From positions 186,001 to 250,000 of the forward strand of contig CT868518.1 of NCBI GenBank assembly GCA_000165425.1: 64,000 nt of DNA. Direction: 5' to 3'. Origin of the DNA: Paramecium tetraurelia. Its lineage: Eukaryota. A model generated the notes under the pieces. The model was given only the letters and a program-made list of their open reading frames with translations. It had not been told where the DNA came from and searched no databases. The position numbers were made by a program, and so were the translations under genes. The first letter of the stretch is position 1. The number at the start of each line of letters is the position of its first letter. Shown piece by piece: positions 12,001-24,900 of this stretch.

Positions 12001-13779
12001 AGGATAATCTAGTTAGATTTAAAATTGATTAAACAATCTTAGGAACTAGTGTTTCTAAAGAGTACTTAATCATATTGGGAGATGAAACCATAGGCATCAT
12101 AGATATTCCTTAGACTCAATGTAAAATATATATATATATAACAACATAGATCACAAATAAGTAATTTAGAGCACAATAGATTATGACGAGATCAAGAATG
12201 TGTTCTTTGATTAGGATTAACCTACTGTTAACAATTGTACGAAATCCTTCATTAATCCATTGTCAATTGCTGAACTATCAGCCATTCATGTAATAGCATT
12301 GTTTTGCTAATCTATGATGGTTAGAGTTGATGTTACTAATTAGATCAACTAATTGAGTTTCACAATCCTATCTGACAATCAGCCAATTGAAAAATAGTTC
12401 TTGGAGAACTTCTTCTTCTTAAACATCAATTTCAAAGATTTCTTATACTAAAATTAAAGCTCCTTTATTTTGGAAGATGTGAAAATGATCAATTTTCCAA
12501 TTCAATTCAAACCCAAATATAAATTCATCACTATCACCGCAATGGTCAAGGGAAATAAAAGATATGACACAGAAGACAAGGCAAGAGATAATTTGATTTG
12601 TATCTTCTATGGGTACTTAGATTAAAGTAAGAGTTCACTTTTGAATGGTTCTCTTTTGGATGTGATTGGAGCAGCTAATTTTAATAAAAATACATTGATA
12701 GTCAACAATTTTTAGATGTATTGTATTAAGGGGTGTGCCATTCAAGATGGCAATAATATCTAGATTGAAACCATAATCGAACTAGTATTCAATGATCAAT
12801 ATTCATTTAATCTCTTTAAGTTGTAGATTAGCTTCACATACCATGCTAATAAATCACCATCGTATAAGTTGTTAAATGTGGAAACTCTGAACATCAAAGA
12901 ACTAAGTAAAATCTTTATTTTATATATTTAGTGAGTAATTTTGTGCAGAATCAAATTGAATTCACATATATCGACACTGAAGTTGAATTTCTGAAGGATT
13001 CGACTTACACCATTAATGTAACTACGGATTCCCTCAGTTTTGATTTAGTTCAAATATAGGGAAGAATTGAGATTGAATAGATTTTTAAGTAAGATAGAAA
13101 ATTGAATTAGACAATATACTCAATGTCAGAGTCCACCTGGGTCATTGAAAGCTTCCTACAATGAGTACTTTGCTATTAGTTGTAGAAATACATCTAGAAA
13201 CTACTCCGAGCAAACTCAATTTGTTAAGTTGTTCTTAAGGGGACAATAATAGATAAATCATTCAGTGAAATCAGTCATCCAAGCTGCTGAGATACAAGGC
13301 AATCTGAGGTTGTTAGACATATAAAAGGGGTATTTGAATGAGCATGTTCGAATGTTGATTTTGGAATAAGACTATAACTAATAGGACTTTTAATTAAGAT
13401 GGTTCACTCTTAATGATCAGTTTACATTAATAGTAATTAGAATAATAATAATATTTTTAAGGCTGATTAAAATAGTACTCCAAAGAGTCTATTGAATGTG
13501 TAATTATGTCCAAGTAATCTAAACGAGATTTAAGGGTTATGTATGGATATAACTATATCAAACACTGGATATAAACAATATATAAAAACGGAATGGTTGC
13601 TCTTTGTGTTTTTGATTGGGTTGCCATTGATAATAAGTTGTAGTTTCATCATATATTGCATTATCAACTATAAGGCAGAGAAGCAAAAAAGAGTGGAATC
13701 GTTTGGAATGAATCTTGAACATTAACTAAAGAAATAATCCTCTCATTTGTAATTAAAGATGGAAGATACTATTTATTGA
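9065..13779 (+). CDS. Large type-I membrane protein (signal peptide, ~1500 aa, single C-terminal TM), ciliate-specific family
   Basis: Signal-like MNYLFIIGSLIVYSIFG; many ORF fragments join under table 6 with short introns; TM WLLFVFLIGLPLIISCSFIIYCII; TGA at 13777-13779. Confidence 0.75.
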
Positions 13780-13896
13780 ATTAATATATATTTTAAAGTA
13801 ATCAGAACACCTGTGATTATAGTAATTATTATTTAAATTAAGAAAAAAGAAGAAATTTTAGAAATAATTTATAATTGAATCATATTTATTAAATAA

Positions 13897-15426
13897 TCAT
13901 TGCTTATCACAAATGAAGCTCTGCAACTTATGACAATCTTTAATGGATGTCTTAGTCAAATCCACGTTAACTGAAACAAATCTACCCATTGTTTTTTACC
14001 CCTAATTGTTATGATAATAATTTACAATGCTCAAAAGGAAATCAGTGTCAATACTCTCTGGGAAATGTGATCCAATATTTGGATTGATACAACTCCATAA
14101 AAATCCTGCATAAACTCCTCCCACAACTTATAATACTGTGGGTCCAAATCTTCCATTAAATAACATCGAACTATCGACCTCATCCATAATGCTGCCAGTC
14201 CACCAGCCTCTGTTGTTATTCATAATGATCATGGCACCAACCTTGTCTACTCCTCTTAAGGTTGGATGATTGATTGGGTGAATGACTTCCATTTCAGGGT
14301 GAGTGTTGTTGATGTCGGCATCCTTTGGAAGACCTGCTACAAACTTCTTGGCCAAAGGATTGTAATCATAAACGTAGTACTAAGATGGGGCATACCCAGT
14401 TTCAGGGTCAGCCAAATAGTCTTAGATACTGTAAGCCTCTCCATGAGGTATCAATACTCCAGTGATGTCTTGATTGGGAAGCCAGCTCTTGGCATAGGTT
14501 TGAACTGAAGGTTTAGTTGATACTATGGTTTTTCCGTCTCTGATTGTGTACATGGATTCAATGTGGGGGTCCTCGTGACTGCCTCTGGCCACTTGGATTG
14601 GTACGAGTCCTTCAGTCAAGAATCCTCTACAGGACCATGTATTGTAAAACTTAGTATTGATGTCCTTTGGAATATCCTTCATCATTTGATTATCATATTC
14701 TGAACAATGTATTGTGTGAACACCCAACACCTGGGCTAGTTTAGAATGATTTCTAGCTTCCAAATATTTCTTCAACAATTATTTGTTCACGTCTTTGAAC
14801 TGATCGTCGTGGTTCAAGTAATGCTTTGCACAATCTTCTAATCCCCTCTTTACACAATGTGAAACAACACCAGGGTTGAATCCCATTTCTAGAATGCTTG
14901 TAGCACCACTCTTTGGATTCCAATACTTAGATTGTTTGGCCTTGTCTTTGATGTATCCCAATGTGAGCTTGTATGCTTCCTCGCTGTTTTTAGGACAGGA
15001 ATTGGCATCCTCGCTATCTTCCCATTGCTCCAAGGCTGTGTTCATATATCTTATCTTTTTCTCTGCGCATAGGGACCATATCGATAGGAATTCAATGTTT
15101 GTTGACAAGTCCACTAAAATATCTCCGCTTTGCAATCTAGATATTGAAGAATACCTTACCCCATCCTTGAAAGTGTGTCACCTATATTTTCTTTGGTTCT
15201 CTCTTCTATTATGCATTCGAAACGATTCTCATTTGCTCTAAAGGCATTGTATTTATCAAGAGCAACTATTTGGGCATCTAGGAATAAAGAACAATTTAAT
15301 ACTTGGGTGATTCTTCAAAAGAACTTCAATAAATGCACTCCCAATGGCACCGTAGCCTAAAACACCAATCTTTCTGGGTAAGGGATAAGAACCAAATCTC
15401 TAGATGCATTTCAAGGATAAGGACAT
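13897..15426 (-). CDS. hss: Homospermidine synthase (bacterial-type, NAD+-dependent)
   Basis: Rossmann IGVLGYGAIG; HSS-type motifs GFNPGVVSHCVKRGL, IHCSEYDNQ, FYNTWSCRGFLTEG, SWLP, IPHGEAYSI, GVDKVG, WWTGS and PTVLQV; three short introns. Confidence 0.92.
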
Positions 15427-15620
15427 AAACTTCGACTCTTTGTTGATTTAAAAAAGTGTTTGAATTTTTATTGAATAAAATATATAATTTATTTGGACTT
15501 TTTGAAAAAAGATTTAAATACCCTCAAAATAAATTATCAATAAATTATGTTGCGTAATATCTCAATATAATGATTAAACATATTATTCATTTTACATTTA
15601 AACAATAATATAATAACATA

Positions 15621-16180
15621 ATGTTTAAGTAACAAAAATCAAGTCTTCTCGGAATCTCCCTCGTTGTATGTAGAAATTCAAAAGGCCAATATCTCACTAT
15701 TTTGGAAAATGGAGATCAAGGATGGTGGTTGCCTGGAGGTTTAGTAGATCCTCCCGAAACCTTCGAATAGGCTGCCATCCGAGAAACCAAAGAAGAAGCA
15801 TCAATAGACGTTGTTCTCAAAGGCATTTTAAGAGTTGAAAATTCATTGAAGCCCGATTAAAATCATCTTCGAGTTCGATTAGTATATTATGCAGAACCCA
15901 TAGATGAGAAGTAAATACCAAAGCAAAAACCCGATAGAGGTATGTGATTTATTTCTATGGCTAAGAAACCCAATAAGCAAGATGGGTAGACTATAAAGAC
16001 TTGCCATCTTATGCTTAAATTGGTCCAGGATGGAGAGGAAAAGAATTATTAGAATGGTCAAAGTACATTGAAAATGGAGGAGCCATCATGCCTTTAACGT
16101 TCTTTGCTAATGAAGGTCGAGATCCTATTATCGAAAAGGCTCATTATAAAGCAGAATTACCACTCAGCAAATTAAAATGA
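15621..16180 (+). CDS. Nudix hydrolase
   Basis: WWLPGGLVDPPETFEQAAIRETKEEASI matches the Nudix box, with S in place of the terminal G; one intron near 15939-15964; TGA at 16178-16180. Confidence 0.9.
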
Positions 16181-16206
16181 TTAACTTAATATACATCAGA
16201 TATAAA

Positions 16207-19200
16207 TCATTTCTTCTAATAAAATAGAATGTACGCGTTCTTGTCGTTTATTACATCATTCACTTATACTTCTTTTGTTTATTTGTCATTGAATTCAATC
16301 CATTTATTTGATCTCTTACCATATGCTGTATAGTGACCATTGTCTAATCCTCCAAAATGCTATACTACACCATATAAATCATAGTCTATCTAATTTATGA
16401 TTATATTTTCAGGATATGCGACTACAATATTGTTTTTCTAGAACCCCTTATGTTCATCATACTAAAATCTTTTGAGTTGAATTATCAATTAATCTGGAAG
16501 TTTTTAAAAACTCATTGTTTTTATGGCGAAAGTTAAATCATTACAAGTGGTACAATGATAAGCATTTTCATCAACTAAAGGTTCCTTAGATTCGAAATTG
16601 TCAATCAGATCTAATAGATCTAATGCTACTTTATAGTATATTTAATTTACATTTATCATGTTTAAAGTAGTTATTTTTAGGTTCAAATTCTATTCTTATG
16701 GATTTAGGTATGGCATTTTCCACAAATTCAATTGATAATGAAGTACCAGCATTGGGATAATTTGTTTTGTTCAAATAGTCGTTCAAAGTAGTTGAATTAT
16801 TGAAAGGTAATTCACAAGAATGAGGTTTTTACTCTTTTTTAAATGATTTGCCACATGTAAATGGACAAGGAGTTTTAGATGGCAATCTAGTTTGAATGGT
16901 TACCTAGTAATTCAGAGCTTCCTTGAGTTACTATGAATTTAATAGATTTTGCTATTAAGGTTCATCAATTTAAATATCTTTTAATTAATTGGAGTTGGAA
17001 TGCTCTCCAAGTTTATTCCAGATTTATTGATATATTTGAGCTGCAGTACATGATTTCTTGACTACCAATATCTTTGGAATGGCTACACATACATTTTCAC
17101 ATTAATAAGAGAATGCATTCCTTTTTTCAAATGAATAGATCATCACATCAAAATATTATTCTTCATTAGTTATAGAATAAATGCTCTGGTCTAATTAAAA
17201 AAGGCAAAAGTAACTATTTTAATTATCATTTATGATTTTTGAAAGATTATCTTCATCATGTAATAAATACATATCTATTATACTATTTACACACAATGCT
17301 CCTAATAAAGTCGTAGGTTCAATCCCCAATCTCTCTGCAATATCTCTTTTAACCTCCATTAACAAAGTTGTATTTGGTTGATATTCATAAACAACTTTTT
17401 TACATGGTTGATACCAATCATTTGAAATGACAAATACATCAACCAAATGTTTGCGCTTAGATTAACATGCAGCATTTAAAGGGAGTGGTAATATTGAAAA
17501 TTATTCGTAACTTTATGTCTTTTATTCACAGATTGGACATTCAATTTATTGATCTAGTGATTCCTAAGAAATTTTTAAGAAGGAGTGAACTATTTAGTTT
17601 GTGGATCATCTCTACTGCCTTTTCATAATTATCATTGTTGATTTACTAAATTCATAATTTCATTTACATTTTATTGTACTCTGTTATGGAATTGCATCTG
17701 TTACTACTATTATTACTCTTAAGATTCTTGATTTTCCTTTTCTTCACTACTTTCATCATCACTGTCACTATTCGCTTATTCAGGTTCTGCCTTATCAACA
17801 TCAGCTAATTCTAATTATTACTATTCAGGCTTCTATTTATCATCCTTCAATATCAACTCTTCGTTTAAAGCATCAAAAAGATATAGTATAAATTCTGCAG
17901 CATCCTATTAATAATCCTTTCCAAACTAATTTATGAATATAGATATTTACAAATGGATATTTTTGAGCCAATTGCTACCTGAAACTATATGGAGAGAATG
18001 CTTCATTATGAGTCAATAGGTTTCTTAGGAGCTTCTCTAATTTGTAATTGAGTTACACATTTCGTTTCAAAGTATTCTAAGTCCAATATTATTTGTTCGA
18101 AAGGAATTCCTAGAAATGAGTTGAACTAAAGAGACTCTATAGAGATGAATTCATAAAAGCAAGTATTACCCAAATTCGTACTAATCCTGCTCCATATTTA
18201 GTAGATAGATTGTCATAAGTGATTGCATCAAAGTCTTCATCATCTTGTGAATCGTAAGCTTTTGTGCATTGTCTTGAATGAAATTCTTAATCCTTGTATC
18301 TGCAAGTATCACTACAATAAAATACTTTCTTGCAAGCACATGAATAATTCAATAAAGCCTTCGATCCACAATTAAAACAACATCCACTCTAATTTAACTC
18401 AAATTTGACATCTAATTAAGATAATTCAACTGCATTCTAAAATACTACCATAATAAAATGATTTTTTAAAAACTGTGACAAATAAAATTATTAATATTCT
18501 GCGTCTATTAATTATTCACCCAACAAAACATTTTTCTATTAATGAATAGTTTTTATCAATTGCAATTTAATCTGATTATTTTCATATAAAGGATTCATTA
18601 ACCATATTTAAATATTATTACTCTCCATTATTTATTAGCAATATGCTTCCAAATCAGTGAATTTCCAATCACTAAACAATTGCGCTTTTCTCATTCTCAA
18701 TAAGTCGAGGGAACTAATCAATTAATTTTAATTAAGTGACTGAATCTCATTCAATTTCTCTTGAGTCATAAAAATTATGTTAGGCTTAGATATCAATTAA
18801 ATATTACACTTATCAACTTCAAATTAAACTCATTTTACTAATTTGCTATTCTTGTAATCGCTTAACCTTTGTATTTTCCATAAAAGAATTCCCAAACCTC
18901 TTATGTAATGAGAATGTAATCTTTGACGGGTTATACATCATTCAAAGGAGGATCCAATTATCTATATATCTGTGGTGTAGCATGAAACAATTTTTCATCT
19001 GCTATTAAATCCTTATTTATCTCCCCAATTTATTGCCTTCCATATTTCTTACCTCCAGGTTATTCACCCTTTAAAATAGCATCATATCCAACGTGCAATT
19101 TCCAGGTTTCAAACCATGCTTTTGATAACAAATATGCATTCTTCACTAATTTCTAAAGGAAGAGATCTTTTGAATTTTTTAATTTATTCATGCCCTCCAG

Positions 19201-19325
19201 AGCTTTGTTTATTAAAACTTGATACCCTCCATATAGAGAATTTATTTAAAGTCTTCATCCAAAGGTGGTAAAGAAGGTTGCTGATGTTTATTTCTTCTTC
19301 CTTTTCTTTTATGCTTGTGGCCCAT
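16207..19325 (-). CDS. Ubiquitin-specific protease (DUSP, MYND-type zinc finger, USP domain); Cys box disrupted in this sequence
   Basis: DUSP YLLSKAWFETWK and DYILITQEVWEFF; MYND-like CFNC..CACKKVFYCSDTCRYKDQEFHSRQC; QQDAAEF; His box YDLYGVVQHFGGLDNGHYTAY and FND; NLGNTCF lies out of frame within 18155-18178. Confidence 0.88.
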
Positions 19326-19886
19326 AATAGAAAAAAAATTAATTATATTGTGATATTAAATGTAAATAAAATAAACTATACTATTCATAATCAGAAAATA
19401 TAATAATTTATATTCTACTATAAAATGGTTCTTTTTAAATAAAAAAATTAATAGAATAATGAATCAGTCACAAATATTTCACCTAAAAGCCCACATAAAA
19501 TCCTGCAAATTCAATATTTTTCCCCCTTTTGATAATTATTTAATTCTATTAATCATTTAATACTTTTAGTAACTCTGATTCTCGTCCCAATTATATAAAA
19601 TATTCATAATATTCTTCCCAATTTTTGAGTTAATAATTCATCACCAATTAAGTCAGAAAATCAGGTTTTTTTATTGCCTTTTCATTCTTTTGAAATCTTA
19701 AATTTGTTTTAATTCATTACAACAGTCTAAATTTAGATTCTCAAGATCTTTAACATGTATATATAGAATTTATACAACAGCATTATTTATTCTATAATTC
19801 TAAAGAGAAGAATTTAATGAGGAGAAAATCCAATTCTATTATCTGTAAATAAAATTAGATATTATTATTATTTTTATATTTATTTT

Positions 19887-20382
19887 ATGAGTTATCTATA
19901 TTTTGGTACATTGCCTTCTTCAGTACCTCCTGTTTTTGGTATAACATTTTTTAAGCGTAGACACAACTCCTTGTTTAAAGTAGATGCATGATTATGAAGA
20001 CTGTGCTTTCGAGTAAATCAAATATTAATCATTCAAATAGATCAAACACTAAACAAATGGAAATCATTCATCCCAGCTGGCCTTCAATGTGGCCAAGAAT
20101 GTTAACTGATGGAAAGTCAATTGTAACTATCAAAAAGTTTATTTTAGGACTTTGGCCATACACCCATGCATCAAGATAGTTCTACTCATTACACATAGTA
20201 ATAAATTCTTTTATATTGCTAGTATGCGCCCATTAACTAAAAAGATCAAGCATTATTTATGGGAATGTGAAGAGGAAAGGTTTGTCTACAAGGCATGTCT
20301 GAGAAAATTAATAAGCCTTAAAAGAACTGACAAACACACAAGTTGGGATACAGCATCAGTTAGTAACTTAAGTTTAGTCTGA
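19887..20382 (+). CDS. Small twin-CX9C (CHCH-like) protein, probable mitochondrial intermembrane-space or complex I accessory subunit
   Basis: Four short GT..AG introns give a ~130-aa ORF with CLKQMHDYEDC and CEEERFVYKAC; TGA at 20380-20382. Confidence 0.6.
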
Positions 20383-20614
20383 TTAATATAATAAATATAG
20401 CAATAATAAGATTATTAAAACGATTAGCAATAGATAACCCACATAAGAGATATCCGAATCTATTTTAATAAAATTATTTTAATTGGTCTAATCTTATTGA
20501 GTTCTGAATTTTTTGAACAGAATTTATAACTATGCATCTTATTACAGCCTATTTAAAATTGTTTTTATCTCAATCTAAACAATATTGAAGATTATCAAAT
20601 ACAATAATTATTTT

Positions 20615-21649
20615 ATGAATTAGAACTCTGGTTAATATTTTAAACTATCTAAACTAACTAATATCATGATGGAATGTGGATAAATTGATTATTATCTAAG
20701 AAAGCATGAAAATCGAATAGGAATAATTCATGAAGGATAGGAATACATTTTTTTAGAATACTTAGAAGATAACGAACTTTTGTTTGATAGCAGTTTTGAA
20801 CGCATATAAGATGAAGAAGAAAATGAAGGAGATCCTAATGTTGGGAGTAATCAATCAAGCATTGGATCTCCCAAAGAATAAGATTTATTGTATTGTTTTT
20901 GTGGTAAAGTTCTTTATGGTTTTCTTTGCTAACAACGTGGTAAGATTGTTTAAGTTGATTTAAAAAAACAACAGGAGAATACTTTCAAGATAGGATCTTA
21001 ATATCTATCAGCTATCCATCCTTAAAAGAATACAGATTTTTTAGTGCTTCTTTACGTTAACAGTATATTTGAAATAAGAAACACTTAGACTTTAGATGTA
21101 GTAATCAAATTAGTATTGCCATCCCTCCCAGAAATAGAGGTTTTATTAATTTAAAATTCAATAATAATGTTAAGATTTTATTCAAACATTCTACTTTATT
21201 GCTAAGTAAGACCTTCCAAAATTCATTAATTGTACATTTTAAATGGTAAATCTTGTTAAATTTACTCGAAACTTCTTATCTTGAAATAAAAAACAAATCG
21301 ATTTAAATTGTATTTTAATCTCTCGAAGCCTAAATTGCTTCGTTAAGTCAATTTAATATTCAAAAACAACTCAAATTTTAAATTTATTGAAAAAGAAGGG
21401 TCGATATTTTTGAAAGAAAAATTTTTGAATTTTGCAAAGTTTTATTATTATAAATGGTGGGTTGGAAATTTTCAACATAGTGATCTAATTAAAAAATATT
21501 TTGACGGATCTATTACATCAAGGGAAGCAAAACAGAAAATCTATATATTAGAATATAAATCAACAACTAATGAAAATTAACTTGAGGAAGTTGCTGTAGA
21601 TTTTTTCTCACCTAATTATCCTGTTTACGATAGATATGGATTAACATGA
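20615..21649 (+). CDS. Hypothetical protein (344 aa, intronless)
   Basis: Uninterrupted table-6 frame from ATG 20615 to TGA 21647-21649; no recognised domain. Confidence 0.7.
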
Positions 21650-21921
21650 TAACATATAATAGCATTCAATAGTTTCTTATTTTAATTATTAAATTTATCA
21701 TGAAGTTATGTTATATTTTATTCTAACTCCATTTTACATAATTACAACAACTCTGGTCATTTTTTATGATTAGATAATATAATTAATGATTATTTTTTGA
21801 CTTAGAAACAAACAGATTATAATGCTTGGCCAATAAAAGTATTCTATTAATTCAACAGAAAAATTAAATAAACTTAAATATTATATTTTCTATCTGATAA
21901 TTATCTAATACTGATATTACC

Positions 21922-24900
21922 ATGAGTAACAACAATAGCCGAATCAACTAAAACAATGATAATTCTCCTTAGAGATCAGATACAAACTAAGTTGAGCCTC
22001 AAGCAAAGCATTAATAGAGTGAAAAAAAAGAAATTCAACCTAATTTTACTTAAGCAGAACAAAATGGATAGTAATATATAGTTTACTAATAATATAGGGA
22101 GGATCATCCATTGATTGAATTTCAAGTTAATTAAAATGATAGAACTAATACAAATTTTAATTAAAGTTAGAAATGCAAGAGTCAAGCAGATTTTAGAAAA
22201 AGTATATTTATAGCACCTTCTCAAGAGGAAATTAATTAGCCTTAAACATTTTTCTAGAAAGTAATAGTTTCTGTTATGGTATAGATTCATAAAAAAGAAA
22301 AATAAAATAAAAAGTGTTGTGAAGTATGTTGTCTTCCGATTGGTTCTCATACCTTTTGTTGTGGTTCATAGAACACAAGACCTCATTTTAAATAGTTTGG
22401 TGTTGGTATCAATCTATATTTTAGATTCTTAAAAAAGTTAGGGTACTTTTTTATCATTTTCACTATATTATCAATACCATAATTATTTTTTAGTGTATTA
22501 TGTAATATTTTTGAAAATTATAATAGCTTATGTTGGGAGTGAAGCAAGGGATTCGTCTAATCCGTTTGAATTTTTAATGGCAACCACTATCGGCGCAACA
22601 AGTTTAAATTATAAAGATTGTTAAATTTAATCCTTTGATTCTGGCTATGGGCCTCTTGAATTTAATTTGTAATGTGACTCAGGTAATCTTGCTGGACCAT
22701 CATTTTTATATGGCATAATTACCTCAAACGAATAGGATTGTATTTATATAAGTAAATCTGAATTGGATTTAAATGTAACTAATTAAGATAGATTGAATTC
22801 ATTAAGACAACAAGTAGATTCTTAAGAATAGTATTCCATTACCTTAACAAAATCAGATTTTGATAAGGAAAATATAAGTGGGATGAAAATATTTGTTGGA
22901 GCATAATGCAAAGAATCCATGATTTCAATTGGGCCAGTTTAATTGGAATAAAAAATAATACCAATTATATTTGCATCTTGTGATGCAGCCATTGTTTTAT
23001 TATTCATTTATTTTTTGGTTTGTTTAACCACAAGTGAAAAAAAGTACAATAAAATTTCATAAAAAGAATCCCCCACCTTATAACACTTTTCACTTTAAAT
23101 ATCCAATCTACCAAAATGTGAAGATTTAATAAGATCACTATAACTTAATGAAAATCAATAAATTAAATAGGTATTGCTAACAGAAGTGAAAAAATTTATT
23201 GATGAAAAATTAAAGTCTGTTCTAAAAGATGCAGATTTATAAATTTATGATATTTAAGTTTCAGAAAAAGAAAAAATATTAAAATTGCAATCAGAACTGA
23301 AAAGTAAAAAGCAAATGATTTCAAAGTAATTAGACGAATTGAAAGCCAATAAATCATAATACTATCAATAAGCTCAAAAAAATATTCAAATGTCAATTAT
23401 GTCAAAAGAAACATATTTAGAATTCTATTAAAACTTTTAGCATTTATGTGAAGATCCAAATTCACTATAAAATCTAAATAAAGTTGATAAAAACATTTAA
23501 AAATATTGGAATGAAATAGAAGAGATTTCCTAAAAGATTGAAGCATTATAATCAGAAGGGGATTCAAAGTACATCTGGATTACTTTCGATACTATGAGAT
23601 AAAAATAATAAGTTTAAGAATAACTTTAAAGTCTACCCAAGGATTGGCTTTATTTTTATTGCTGTTTTTGTTGTTTCGATGATGAAGAAAAGAATAAAAA
23701 ATTGTACTTATTAACATTTAATTAGGTTATTAAAGAAGTATAAGTTGTAAGTTAAAGATGCTCCTATTCCTGAGAATATCAATTGGAATAATCTTAATTA
23801 TTCTCTAAAGCAAAGAATTTTGAGATAATTTTGCAGTCTCTTTGTAACTTTAATACTTTTAGCAGGTTCGTGGGTTTTGGTAAGTTGGGTGAATCTACAA
23901 AAGACTGATTTTCAATAAAAATATCCTTCTATTAATTGCAATAATAAAATCTATGACAATATTACAGAACTTTAGGTTCAATAAGAAATTGATGATGAAA
24001 ATAGTATTGCTATAAAAGGTTATGTCGAATGTTACTGTAAGCCAAAGATTAATGATATTATTTCAGGAGATTATGAAATTTGTTAAGATTGGGTGAAATA
24101 GTATACATTTTAATAATCACTACCTTGGATTATTGTAGCAGGACTAATTGGTGTAAACGTTATAATTCAATACATATTCATTTGTAAAAAAAACCTAATT
24201 GTTTAGTTCTGTCAAAATGGGAAAAACATTTGATGATTTCTGAAGAGTATTCAAGCAGAATTCTAAAAATATTTCTAGGTCAATTTTTAAATACTGGATT
24301 GATTCTTCTTATTACAAATATTGATTTTGGTAATTCTACAAGAGATGATGCTCCATAGGCCATTAGATTTCTTTTTGGTGGAAAATATGGGGATATTGAT
24401 TCTAAATGGTGTTAAAATATTGGAATTGTTTTGGTATATAATATATCTTCTAATATAGTTATTAACTTTATTGATTAACATTCTGACTTAGCCTATGATG
24501 CTTTTAATAGAAATAATCATAAGATATGTAAGATAGGCATATGATTAATGTTCTTGTTGTTTAAACGAGAAAAAAACTAGAAAGAAGAACTATTAAGAGT
24601 TCAAGGATTTATATAAGGGAGAATAATTTAGGGTTGAATTAAGATATGCACAGGTTTTGACAGCCCTTTATATTTGTTTTATGTATACTCCTGCTCTCCC
24701 ATTCTTATATTTCATTACAATGCTAACAATTTGGTTCCTGTATTTTGTGGATAAGATTTCAAGTATTCTAATATTATGATTTATAGTTTTCACTACTTAT
24801 CGCAAACCAATTAGGATAGATTCGATAATTAGTGAATCCATAAGAAAATATTTGTGGATTGCTGTTGTAATTCATTTAGGCTTTGCTACTTATATTTATG

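Noticed and set aside
12121..12149. (TA)n run as a retained IES or transposon footprint
   Set aside because: It sits inside a normal 29-nt GT..AG intron, with no TAYAG-type inverted ends.
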